Part shown: positions 25,081 to 38,089 of the stretch, piece after piece | How positions within the stretch are numbered: position 1 is the first letter of the stretch | How the letters are laid out: every line of letters begins with the position of its first letter | The notes under the pieces: model-generated | Told to the model about the DNA's origin: nothing | Databases searched by the model: none | Seen by the model: the letters and a program-made list of their open reading frames with translations, nothing else | Program-made: the position numbers and the translations under genes | Origin: Octopus sinensis | Taxonomy: Eukaryota | DNA length: 64,000 nucleotides | Assembly (NCBI RefSeq): GCF_006345805.1 | Contig: NC_043002.1 | Location: 113,088,001-113,152,000 of the forward strand | Direction of reading: 5' to 3'

Positions 25081-26407
25081 CTAGATAACATTCTACAAAA
25101 CTTCGATTACCTTCATATGGGCAGTCATGAATGGATCATTTTCTCTTAATACTATAACATTTTACATTTTGCTTTGAGGATTTCACTTTCTACCATTGTT
25201 TATTCATTTTGTCTTAGACTTTTGCAAAATGTAATATTCCTTCTTTTCCTAGAATAATTAACTAATACAATCTTGGTTATTTTGCTTTGCTAAATAAAGT
25301 GTTAGTTCAATATTTTAGTTACTTTCCAATCTCCTACGCTGGTTACTCCTCTCTTCTACAAAAACACATTCTTTTCACCTAAGAGAATACAAAGAAAGAA
25401 GCAAGTCCAACTTTCATATTCCAACTGATATGTTAGAATATCAATTTTATCTTTTGTGGAATGCTAACAGCATTCTCATCATCACTGTTTTTGGTAATTT
25501 TGCAATATTCAGTTATGAATCTTTACATTTTGTGTTCAAATCTTGCCATAGTTAACATTACCTTTTCTCCTTCTGGGGTCAAGAAAATACAATACCTGTC
25601 AGGTACAGTGAACAATGTAATGTAATCAACTGTTCGTCTTTTCCCAAAATTTTTAAGTCTTGAGATTTTGTTAGAAATTATCATTGTTTTGTTGCTGTTG
25701 TCATCATTACATATAATTAACAAAGCAAAGTATTGGACAAAATCATTTGCAGTACTTTTTCTGGTTTTATACATTCTGAGTTCAAATCTCATTGAGAACA
25801 ACCTTGCCTCCCATTCTTCCAAGATTGATAAAATAAAATAGAAGTCAAACACTGAAAACAAAAATAACCAAACATTTCGCTTCTCTTAACTTTTCTGACC
25901 TTCAGCCTCTGTTAAAATTCATTATCATCATCATTATCATCTCTATTAATGTGAGTATTCTTGATTACCAAGGAGTTGAATCCAACCAAATTATGCACTA
26001 AATTATGATGTCCAATCAAAACAAGATGTTACTGATTAGATTGAAAGAGATTCTCTGAGGCTGTAACCAGTTTCAGCCGGACAAGTTTTCACAACTTGTA
26101 GATTATAATTGTATATTGTAATATATTCATGGTTTTGTGAAAGCAATGAAGCTGGTGACTTGCCATAACATGTTTATACATTTTTACGATATAGTAATGT
26201 CCAGTCACTGTCAGTTTTTCACTCCATGCTCCATGACTTCATGAAGTTTTTTTCATTTTCATTTTATATCATACATTTTATTAACAACAGAATCACAAGG
26301 CTCTTGGTTTCCAGAATGCCAATCATGGTTTAACGTATTTCCATTGAGAGTGACGAGGAAGCATCTGCACAAATTGACTGGAATATTGTAGTATATTCTT
26401 GCCAATA

Positions 26408-26810
26408 TACTCTTTTACTTGTTTCAATCATTTGACTGCGGCCATGCTGGAGCACCGCCTTTAATCGAGCAACTCGATCCCGGGACTTATTCTTTTGTAA
26501 GCCCAGTACTTATTCTATCGGTCTCTTTTGCCGAACCGCTAAGTAACAGGTACATAAACACACCAGCATCGGTTGTCAAGCAATGCTAGGGGGACAAACA
26601 CAGACACACAAACACACACACAAACATATATATATATACATATATACGACGGGCTTCTTTCAGTTTCCGTCTACCAAATCCACTCACAAGGCTTTGGTCG
26701 GCCCGAGGCTATAGTAGAAGACACTTGCCCAAGGTGCCACGCAGTGGGACTGAACCCAGAACCATGTGGTTGGTAGACAAGCTACTTACCACACAGCCAC
26801 TCCTGCGCCT
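26408..26810 (-). mobile_element. ~410-bp tRNA-SINE copy
   Basis: Colinear with 2164-2580. Confidence 0.85.
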
Positions 26811-27705
26811 ACATATGCATATTAACATGCACATGTACACATGTCCTGTGATTTTTAGAAAAGATACGCAATATCTCTGCACGTAATGAGAGGTAACTAA
26901 AAGTGTTGCTATCCAGAAAAGCATCCAGCTATAAAACACTGCCTCAAAATATCGAATCAAACCCATGCTTGCATGGAAAAGTGGTATGGGAGGAGACACT
27001 TCTCGAAGGAGTTGTAGAGCTGGCTGTGTGACGACATACACCCTGTTTTAGGCACATGGCTTAGTGGTTAAGACATTTGGATCATGATCATAATGTTGCG
27101 AGTTCGATATCCGAAAGCACATTATGTCCTTGAGCAAGACACTTTATTTCATGTTGCACCAGTCCACTTAGCTGGCAAAAATGAATAGTACTTGTAATTC
27201 AAAGGGCCGATTTTGTCGCATTCTGTGTCACACAATCTCCCTGAGAACTATGTTAGGGGTACATGTGTCGGTGGAGTCCCTTGCATGTTAATTTTATGAG
27301 CAGGCTCCTTCACTGATTGAATCAACTGAAACACTCATCATCATTACCAATGGAGTGCCAGTTTAGGCATTTCAGGTCTGGTTGAAGCCCTTGGCTTTCC
27401 AGGTCTGACCACCACTGATTTCTTTTTCGGAGGAAGAAAGAAGCCGATAGAACTAAAGAAATAAAAGAAGAACCCACTTCAGTACAGAATTCGTATTTTA
27501 CTTATCAACCTAAAAAGAATGAAAGCGATGTTGGACTTCTGCAGGATTTGAACTCAGAGTGCACAGAGCTGGAGCAGGTACCTCAAAACAATCTATTTGA
27601 AGCACCAAGAACTCTGGAAATTAATCACCTTGGATCATTGGACAGATGGATACATTCATGCACCTATGAGTTCATAAATGTGCAGGTATGTGTGTGTATG
27701 TGCAT

Positions 27706-28105
27706 ATACTCTTTTACTCTTTTACTTGTTTCAGTCATTTGACTGCGGCCATGCTGGAGCACCGCCTTTAGTCGAGCAACTTGACCCCGTGACTTATTCT
27801 TTTGTAAACCCAGTACTTATTCTATCGTTCTCTTTTGCAGAACCGCTAAGTAACGGAGACATAAACACACCAGCATCGGTTGTCAAGCAATACTAGGGGG
27901 ACAAACACAGATACACACACGCGCATATATATATACATATATACGACGGGCTTCTTTCAGTTTCCGTCTACCAAATCCACTCACAAGGCTTTGGTCAGCC
28001 CGAGGCTATAGTAGAAGACACTTGCCCAAGGTGCCACGCAGTGGGACTGAACCCAGAACCATGTGGTTGGTAAACAAGCTACCTACCACACAGCCACTCC
28101 TGCGC
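27706..28105 (-). mobile_element. ~410-bp tRNA-SINE copy
   Basis: Colinear with 2164-2580. Confidence 0.85.
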
Positions 28106-28554
28106 GAATATCTTTTACTGTGGTTAAGAAATTTGCATAGTATCTCAAGCAAGTGTCTTATTACAGCCTCAAGTATCAACCAAAGCAATACGAGTAAAAT
28201 TTGGGACTCAGAAACCATGATATGCATTTATATGCATGTGTCTGTGTGTAAGTACGCTTTCAAGAAGAGATGGCAGAACAAAAATTGATGTGTGACATTT
28301 GATTATATTCAGATCATATCCATTAACCAGATCAACTGTGCTGTTCCTTCTCATGAGTCTGACATGATAATTAAGTATCAGATAAAGTACTGAGCTTGAT
28401 AAGATCAGCTAAGTCTGAGATCCAAGCCAATAAAAGAATGGAAGGACATAATCTATATATGTGTATATATGCAGCAATGTGCATGTGCAAGCACAGCTGC
28501 AAATATATGGAATGGAGAACAGTTGAATAGTTAAGTACAAGAAGATTTAATGAA

Positions 28555-28983
28555 ATAGCACCATCCGTTCGTGGCCGTTGCCAGCGCCGCCCAGACTTGC
28601 CTCGTGCCGGTGGCACGTAAAGAGCACCATCCGTTCGTGGCCATTGCCAGCCTCGCCTGGCCCCCATGCTGGTGGCACGTAAAAAGCACCATCCGTTCGT
28701 GGCCGTTGCCAGCGCCACCCCGACTGGCCTCGTGCTGGTGGACGTAAAAAGCACCATCCGTCCGTGGCCGTTTGCCAGCTCCATCTGGCACCTGTGCGGG
28801 TGGCACGTAAAAAGCACCCACTACACTCATGGAGTGGTTGGCGTTAGGAAGGGCATCCAGCCGTAGAAACACTGCCAGATCAGACTGGGCCTGATGCAGC
28901 CTTCTGGTTTCACAGACCCCAGTTGAACCGTCCAACCCATGCTAGCATGGAAAGCGGACGCTGAATGATGATGATGATGATGT
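28555..28983 (+). mobile_element. RTE-LINE 3' UTR copy with tandem units
   Basis: As 6190-6630. Confidence 0.8.
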
Positions 28984-29206
28984 TCCTCATAATTCTGTGT
29001 CCCAGGCACTCCAAACAAGGGGGTAAATATAACAAGGGCAACTATTACAGGTGAGTAATAGTTATTTCTTTTTTGGAAGATTTATTAAGACTATTCATTC
29101 AAAAAAATACTTTAAGAAACAAGGCTTGAATTCTTATTTTTTTAGTTACCATGATGTATAGGATAAACCAATGTGTAATGGAAAATATACATGTGGTCAT
29201 ACTTAC

Positions 29207-29327
29207 TCCGACATGCATTTGGTTGCTTTTCTCTCGCAGGTCTCCATGGAAGATCGTTATAGAAGTCTTCACATCTTTCACAGTTGTAGCCTGTTGTCTT
29301 GTGCGTACAATTACATTTACCATGAAC
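29207..29327 (-). CDS. LAMB1: Laminin beta chain, first exon visible in window (LE1), phase 0->1
   Basis: Reads [40 protein letters not shown]; acceptor cttctag, donor gtaagt; matches the laminin beta LE1 signature (HG.C.C.H.T.G.NCE.C.DFY.DLPWRPA). Confidence 0.95.
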
Positions 29328-29581
29328 CTAGAAGAAGAAGAATATGGCACTGATTCACTTCTGACATCAACTCAACAAATTTCTTTCTTTTTTTTTTTTT
29401 TTTGCTGAGTGGGGGAGAGAAAATGGGAATGAAAACAGCAGGAGAAAAGGGTGGTGCAGGAAAAGAGAATGAGTCATAAGACAATGTATTCATAAAGAAA
29501 AACTGAAAAAATGTTCTTACATATCTGTCAATTCAGTAGTTTTATTTGACCAAATATAACAGGAGATCTAGTTGAATGAAG

Positions 29582-29612
<31 letters not shown>

Positions 29613-29625
29613 GTATATATATATG

Positions 29626-29675
<50 letters not shown>

Positions 29676-29676
29676 A

Positions 29677-29719
<43 letters not shown>

Positions 29720-29819
29720 NNNNNNNNNNNNNNNNNNNNNNNNNNNNNNNNNNNNNNNNNNNNNNNNNNNNNNNNNNNNNNNNNNNNNNNNNNNNNNNNN
29801 NNNNNNNNNNNNNNNNNNN
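29720..29819. other. Assembly gap (exactly 100 N, probably a placeholder of unknown size)
   Basis: Run of 100 N preceded by a (TA)n tract. Confidence 0.98.
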
Positions 29820-30050
29820 TTGGCATGGTGCAGAGTCCTGTTGCCATACATACGGTCTTTCAGCAGCCACCCTCTTGACCCAGGGCAGCACTACCTCCTC
29901 CAAGCACTAAATGTAGGCCTCTGTGTTGAGTCTGAGGTGGTGTGGGAAGATTTATTAAGGTTTAACGTTGCCATCACTAGAGATTAATCCAAACACTATG
30001 AGGTTGACTGTATGTTTGAGTTTTATCACTCTCGGTCCATGTCCTCAGAT
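29820..30050 (-). mobile_element. Tc1/mariner transposase pseudogene fragment
   Basis: PRVIKLKHTVNLIVFGLISSDGNV..IFPHHLRLNTEAYI*CLEEVVLPWVKRVAAERPYVWQQDSAPC, i.e. the WQQDSAP(C)H motif around the second catalytic Asp; stops present. Confidence 0.85.
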
Positions 30051-30388
30051 TGCACTCTCCTCAGATTCACACCCATATACTCTGAAATGTTCGTATTGAA
30101 GCTCCCGGCGCAAATACTAAGCAGTACATCATATCGTTTCCAAATTTCTGGCAGAGTGAACTGCGTCATAGTACTGTTTTTCGCACAGACGGTCTCCAAC
30201 TAACTCTACTATACTGTATAGTCGACAAAATCAAAAGCAAATAATGCGCATGCCCGAAAGGCAAAAATACAAAGTGTCGACGCGCTCCCAATCGTCGGAC
30301 AGTTTTGTCCAACGAACGGGGGTCTGAAACTCTGAGTAACAGTTTCATGATGTCTTTGCAGCTTTATTAATAAAGTCTGTGTGTGTGA

Positions 30389-30445
<57 letters not shown>

Positions 30446-30505
30446 CATACATATATACATTTATGTATGTATATACATATATATGTACATCTATATACAT
30501 ATATA

Positions 30506-30557
<52 letters not shown>

Positions 30558-32831
30558 ATATATATACACAAACACACACACACATACACACCCACACACT
30601 CTCACACACATGTTAACTGCATGGAAGAAGTAAAAGAATGTAACTTGTATATCGTGTTTTTCTCAAAACGACACTCCATCAATTCTAAAACATTTCTTTG
30701 TTGATCTGCCTATACTTGAACCCAGCACTTCCTGGCTTCTCCACAATAAACTCATCCTCAATTTATACTGCTTAATCTTCACTGGTGCTTTGCCAGGATC
30801 TTTTTAGCATGACAGCTAAGATGTTAGGTGAGTTACCTCTCTGTAGGCGCTATTTTTTCCTATTTTCTCCGTTCCCTGTGTCTCCCAGAGCCTTGCATCG
30901 ATACCAATTTGTTCACAAGAAATTAACTAAATTGCTTCAACACTGTTTATTTACTATTGAAGCACAATTTGTTAAATGTCCGTCTCTATCAACAACTTCC
31001 TATGTCTCTAGATCTATAACTGCATAAATAAAGCTCAATCTCTTTCAAATTTTTATTCTACTGCTTTCAAAACATAGATAAATGTATTACTATTGATAAA
31101 CTAGTTAGTTCTGAATACAGTGTGGAAGACATGAAGTCGTGTTCCAGGTTTAAAAGCTGATTGAACGATATATGTTTGTGAAACAACTTATTTTTAACAG
31201 CACGCATCATACACCATGCGGAATTGGCCACTATACGAGACAAACCCTAAAATCTCTTAAGTGGGAAATGTCTTCCAAAATATTAGGACAAATACAGACA
31301 GTACAAATGACAAAATGTTCTCATAGATAAAACATGATGAAATCAATTGCAATATCAGTAACAATGACAAGATCCACAACAAAATCTCAAGAACCAGAAG
31401 ATGTTTCCTCTCTTTGGAATAGCACATCTCTACACAGAATACTTATGGAAATTTCCACCCATAAATAAACGTAGCAAACGTAACAGAGACACTTTTAAAA
31501 TGCTTCATTAGATCACTATAGAACTTATAGGACTAAAAATAGAGGGGAAAATTGTTACAATCATAATATAGAAAACCTCATATCCTAATTACACTCCAAA
31601 AAAGCGGGGTAGACGCACTTAACAGACGCACTCGTAGCTTGCTATGCATTCAGTAATATTTACCACAAACAAAGCTCGAATCTAATAGGAAACGACACCA
31701 CACTAGAAATAGAAGACTTCAAAATAAAAGCCAGCAAAATGAGACACATTAATAGACAAATAAAACATCACATCCGACTTGCCTGATACAGATATTACAT
31801 GTACCTTCTAAATCGGTAGTCTTTTTGATAGATACTGAATTTTCTAGAAAGATGCAAACATGTCAAGTTTTGATTTCAGTTCATTGTAGTTGCTGTTTAA
31901 TTTACCTTGCGTCGCGGATGTCCCCTGTAAATAAGATGGATATTGAATACTAATTCACACTTCCTGTAAATCTTAGATTTGCCAGTAAACAACTAATCAA
32001 CGACCCTGTTGCACCGTTTCAGAAGATCCATTTCATGACAAATACATTTCGAAATGTTTAGATAATTTTAATTCAGTCTCATTCTTTTTTTATTTTGAGT
32101 GTTATAAAAAGAACATTCCGGAAGAATTTGATTTCAAAACTGTGTTCTGTTTTCTCATTGCAGTTTTATTAATCTTTTTCTGCATTTAGATTGATGTTAC
32201 ACTTGACATAAACTTCTATGTCAACTATAGATATTTACTTAACTGAATAGGAATATTTAGTTGGCTCCTAGATACAAATATGTACTTATGGAACTAGCAT
32301 TTACCGCAAGCTATTATGAATGATAATCACAATTTTAAAAAATCATGACTCAGTGTAAAAGAGCAGCCACTAAACATTTCTAGTTTAAACTTCAGTGACA
32401 TATTTAGTTCCAGTATCTTAAAGTTAAATTATTAACAATCTATTGTACTTCTAGGCTACAGAAACAAAGATTTTATTTATTTCAATAATGATTTCTGTAT
32501 TTTATTTTAAACTTTAGTGTTCAAGAGAAAGTTTCTGTTTCCCTCTTCGGAATAAATTTTTCAAGTGGCTATCTACGAGGTCTGCAGCAATTTCAGATGT
32601 CTATTTTAACAAAATTCCATTAGGTTATATTTTACTATTTTTAGCGAGGTTATTTTTCCATCACTTCCACAAACATTGTTTAATATTCTGATCACATCAG
32701 TATAAGAGAATTGGAAAGACAAATATACATAGATCAACGTTCTTTTTCTTTTTCTACGTACAGTAGGGAAGAAAAAAAATCTAACTTTCGAATTACTTTC
32801 GCTTCTAACCATAACAAAATATAACCCGAAA

Positions 32832-32867
<36 letters not shown>

Positions 32868-32923
32868 GACATATGTATACATAAATATATGTATAAATAT
32901 ATACATATATATGTATGTATGCC

Positions 32924-32986
<63 letters not shown>

Positions 32987-32987
<1 letters not shown>

Positions 32988-33215
32988 TATTTCTTTACTA
33001 CCCACAAGGAGCTAAACACAGAGGGAAAAAGCAAGGACAGACAAACGGATTAAGTCGATTACATCGACTCCAGTGCGTAACTGGTACTTAATTTATCGAC
33101 GCCGAAAGGATGAAAGGCAAAGTCGACCTCGGCGGAATTTGAACTCAGAACGTAACGGCAGACGAAATAAGGCTACACATTTCACCCGGCGTGCTAACGT
33201 TTCTGCCAGCTCGCC
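32987..33215 (-). mobile_element. CORE-type tRNA-SINE copy
   Basis: Colinear with 16540-16766. Confidence 0.85.
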
Positions 33216-33273
33216 AACTTCGTTTTTGCATATGGTTTGTGAATTCGTGTGTTGAAGAATATTTTATTGTCAA

Positions 33274-33513
33274 GGGAGAGTCATTCTCTTTTAGTGCCTT
33301 ATTACTTAGCACACTCACCGGTTCGATTTCCAAACATTACTACCTCATTTTTTCTAAAATTTTCGTTGTGTCTTGCAACCTCTTCAATAGTCGTGACTCT
33401 TGAAGATGCTGCTAGACGCATCGAAATTTTAGAAAACACAAATAAGTAAATGAGCAGAAATCGAAACGGTGAGTGTGTTAAGTAATAAGGCACAAAAAGA
33501 GAATGACTCTCCC
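33274..33513. repeat. Diverged fold-back (inverted repeat) with degenerate hammerhead-like cores
   Basis: Outer arms 33274-33330 / 33457-33513; inner ttttctaaaatt..cg / cgaaattttagaaaa; TTGAAGA...GAAA on both strands. Confidence 0.7.
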
Positions 33514-33602
33514 CAGACCCAATAATATATATATATATATTTTTGTCTTTAAGAGTCCCTCCTAGCGTGAGGCATTTGTGTATAGTAATGCCCTTAATAT
33601 AA

Positions 33603-33659
<57 letters not shown>

Positions 33660-33666
<7 letters not shown>

Positions 33667-33870
33667 TTGTGTGTCTGTGTTTGTTCCCCTAGCATTGCGT
33701 GACAACCGATGCTGGTGTGTTTGTGTCCCCGTCACTTAGCGGTTCGGCAAAAGAGACCGATAAAATAAGTACTGGGCTTACAAAAAGAATAAGTCCCGAG
33801 GTCGAGTTGCTCGATTAAAGGCGGTGCTCCAGCATGGCCGCAGTCACATGACTGAAACAAGTAAAAGAGA
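33660..33870 (+). mobile_element. 3' half of the ~410-bp tRNA-SINE
   Basis: Reverse complement of the tail half of 2164-2580. Confidence 0.8.
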
Positions 33871-33876
33871 TAAAAT

Positions 33877-33915
<39 letters not shown>

Positions 33916-34321
33916 GAAAACATAAATAGTGTAATTCAGTAGTATTGCTTCCCAGTAAAACAAAGCACCATCAGGTAAAAGTATAAGTAAGATAGTGTGG
34001 TATAACATTGTTTAATATTCTGATCACATCAGTATGGGCGTTTCAGACGAGTATATACTGGCATTGATGTAGCGACATTTAAAATTTTCTCTAGGTGAGT
34101 CTACCCGATGAGAACAAATTAAATTTACGTTAACAAACGGAATTTGGAAGCTTCTGGATTGTACATTTATTTCATGTTCTTCCTACAAGTAAGATGAAAT
34201 TTTTTACGTTCGCCGTCCGCAAGAATTTTGCCAGTATATTTATACTGTAAAGCTTTAATTTAGCGTCGTATGTTATGGACTGCTATTTCCAGTAAATATT
34301 GGTACATTATTGTAGCACTAT

Positions 34322-34381
<60 letters not shown>

Positions 34382-34485
34382 GTATGTATGTATGTATATT
34401 GCGTGTGTGTATATATATATATTACAACATATATATATGTGTGTGTGTGTGTGTTTGATTTGCCTAATAGTGCTTTTATCTCTAA

Positions 34486-34522
<37 letters not shown>

Positions 34523-34926
34523 TATATACCTGCATTGATATTTTATGGAATTAACAATAGCAGGTAACTGTTTCCATTGTTTCTTCAATCGTTGAGGGAA
34601 GAAGGGCAACGCCCATGACCTGTCGAAGCCCCTTCAGAACCAAAGAGATCAATACAGGTCATAATATTGAAACTGAACTTCTGCATGTCGGAAAACAACT
34701 CCAGAAAATAGATTCTGCACGTAATGTATGTAGAGATATTCCAAATGCAGTTCTAGGTAGGAATTATTACACAAAGTTTTTACAATCAAGTTTGAGGTTA
34801 GTACTGATATCACGCTGAAGAGTGAAAAGTCAAAAATATTAGACAAATCAGCCAAATATTTATTCATGCAGTCTACGGTGCATATATGTAGCAGCTGCAA
34901 TGTACCACATATGTTAGCATGTATGT

Positions 34927-34927
34927 G

Positions 34928-35007
<80 letters not shown>

Positions 35008-35071
35008 GATAGACAGATAGGTAGAAGACAGACAGACAGACAGACAGATAGATAGATAGATAGATAGATAG

Positions 35072-35131
<60 letters not shown>
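34927..35131. repeat. (GATA)n/(GACA)n microsatellite
   Basis: Direct reading. Confidence 0.95.
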
Positions 35132-35132
<1 letters not shown>

Positions 35133-36166
35133 TGTTACATACATACATACATACATATATACATACATATATGTATGCAGGCGTGCCTACAAACATACGT
35201 GCAAAGATTATATATAGATTATTGACTTTTAAGGTGTTGGTGTTTTCTTTCATATCTCCGTGATTTAATTATCAGAATTATCCATTTATTAATCGGTTAT
35301 TATGCGTTGATATATAAATACACCATTGATCAATCCTTAATTATAATAGTTTCCGGTTTCACTTCAATAGAACAGCAAATGGCCCGAGGTCAACACATCC
35401 AAAGATTCTTTAGAATCACAACATAAATGTAATTGACCAATAAATTAGCCTTTATTGATGCATATGATGCATGTTATTTCTATATTCAATAACCACCTTT
35501 CGCCAGGCTTTTGGGAGAACTTTCAGCGATATCCTTATTGGATACAAGACCATTGGGGGGTTTTAAGACATTGATCTATCATCTCAGTTAGCCACTTAAT
35601 TAAGGTGCGTATATGTATGGAACATTCTAGACACTTAACCTGCCTCTAAACAGCAATTTTTTAATATAACTCTCAAGCATAAGAACAACAAATATATTCG
35701 ATAAATCTTGAGTAAGTACACGCTGCATTATTGATTTGGGGGTTCAAACCAAAGAAGTTCTGTGGATTTCTCAGATTTTGACAGATTTCACATTGAACAT
35801 TAATCATCAAGAATCAGTTCGATATCCTCATAGACGTAAAAGTTTGGAAAGTACGTTTCGGTTGTGAAAGCATCTATATGTATGAGTGATTTTGTATATA
35901 TCTAAGTCTGGGGAAAATTTATGTTCTTATGTGAATAGTTCTAAGTGTACACGTGTAAAGTGGGGTATGTTTTATATTTGCACGTATTCATGTGTGCATG
36001 TGGAGGTATTTGCGTATTTTAATATCATTTTTTTTATTAATCGCACGTGAAGAAATATTTATTTCATAAGTGTAAGTTTTTCTTGTGTGAAGGATAGCAT
36101 GTTCAAGAGATACTGTTCCCAGTATTTGTGCGAGTATGTATGTATGCATGTATGTATGTATGAATG

Positions 36167-36200
<34 letters not shown>

Positions 36201-36399
36201 TAATTATTGTTGATATTTCTTAGTAGTAGTAGGAGGAGGAGGAGGAGGAGGTGAGGAGGAGGGGGAGTTGTAACACTACGATATCAGTAGTGTTTATATA
36301 ATTATTATAATTAGCTTGAACACAACTATTAATTTTTATACACACACACACACACACACACTCACACACACACGTTTGAGTATTTATTTTGCAATATTC

Positions 36400-37850
36400 C
36401 TGATGTGAAATACCTGTCGCTATACCTCTTACACGCATCTTCCATACTGTTTCTTTCAGTATGGCTACTACGCAGAAAAAACAAGCCTTCCTTTCCCTGT
36501 TAAAAGTAGGAGGCGGCACAATCTTGATAATAGACTCAGCTGAGAACTGTACCCTTCCTATCGTTGGCAACAGTTGGTCGACAAAAGCTATCAGTCCCGT
36601 TAATTCTGGATATTCCACGAAAGCGTGCAAGACAGTTTCTCTGTCCCGCCCGTACCTCGGGAATGTCGGCGAGACGGCACTTCCGTGCCTTGACAGCTTG
36701 TCTCGAACAGGCAAAGCCGAACGGTAGCACTGCCAAACCAGGGATTTCTGGTAATTGTCAAGATACCCCGGCCCGAAGGCTCTTCTGAACAGGTTTATCA
36801 ACTGATTTCCATCGACGTCCAGAGTCTCCCCCAGGACATCGTCTGACATCAATTCAACTAACCCGCTATAGAAATCTGAAGTGGAACTCCTGTTGCCAGT
36901 ATTGCCCACCCGAGAGAGTAGCTGGGGTGCCGTTAGACTCTCCAATTGCCAATCCCCCAGCCTAGCTCTTCGTTTGACCAATGGAACAATGTCCATTAAG
37001 GACGTTTACTGTGGAGAGTAGAACTTTGCATGCGCTGAGCACACCTTCCCCTCCCCCCATCCAGATAAAGCCAGAGGTGCCTGAACCTTAACGCGAATTT
37101 TCGCATCTTCAGCCAAGGCATCCCTAGCTCACCCTTTAGCGACTTTTGGCAGCAGAGCGCTTCACAATTGGCTTTCCTCTCTTCCACAAAAAGCGGGAAA
37201 AGATTCTTTCCAACGGGGGAGGCACAACGGTCAGGCTATAAGTGATGACAGATGCTATGAACATCTGCACCATCTCCGCCCTCTCTACCAAGGATAATGC
37301 CCGCCCAAACCAGGTCTGGATTAGGGCAGTCACCTTGGCCGTGACCTCCCTCCAATTCTTCTCTATTTGGAGGTCTGGACCGAACCAGACCCCTAGCAAC
37401 TTAACCGGACCTTCCGTCCAACGCCCCACGACGTTATTGGACGACATCGACTTGCCCCTCCATGTGCCAAGTTGCAAGCCGACCGACTTGTCCTGGTGAA
37501 CCTTTGCTCCTTCCACCGCCTCGTATCCTTTGATGGCGTTTTCCACATAAGGAAGCTGCCCTTCTTCGTACACGATGATGGAGATGCCATCCACATACGC
37601 AGTTGCTCCTCTTCCATACTACAGATCATGCAGCACGCCCCCTAACGCCTCCAACTTTTTGCATGAATTGGCCCTTGAGCCGATACATGCGAAAGAAGTG
37701 ACAAGGGAATCCCTAGCGTACTGAGCGTTCAATCTTGAACGGTTTTGAAAAAACCGTTCACTCGGATGATAGACTCAATGTCACTGTACAAGGCAGCAAT
37801 CCAACCGCGGAAAATCTCCTCGGGACTACGGTATAATATACTTGCCCAGG
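36400..37850 (-). mobile_element. L1/Tx1-clade LINE ORF2 fragment (RT C-terminal half + zf-RVT-like region), disrupted
   Basis: IRVNGFFSKPFKIERSVR.G.PLS, AYVDGISII, GAKVHQDKS, VKLLGVWFG, LSLVERAEMVQMFIAS, FSRFLW, WQCYRSALPVRDKLSRHG....TFPRYGRDRETVLHAFVEY. Confidence 0.9.
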
Positions 37851-38036
37851 GTACAGAGTAGAGGAATTGATCTCGTGCGGTTATAAGAGACAGTTTTAAC
37901 TACTGCACAGTCATGTCTACACCGGATAGGTCATACACGCACACACATACACACACGCACGCACGCACACACACACACAAACACATACACATACATATAT
38001 ATATATATATACATATACATATACATATATACAATA

Positions 38037-38089
<53 letters not shown>

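Noticed and set aside
28555-28810. CRISPR-like repeat/spacer pattern (also 6190-6470 and 24675-24910)
   Set aside because: The apparent spacers are homologous to each other. These are degenerate tandem units of an RTE 3' UTR in a eukaryotic intron, with no cas genes.
31880-31896. Partial match to mature miR-33 (cattgtagttgc)
   Set aside because: Only 12 nt match and no precursor hairpin is evident.
34615-34900. Short ORFs on both strands in non-repetitive sequence
   Set aside because: No recognisable domain, no convincing splice-site pair, and no laminin similarity.
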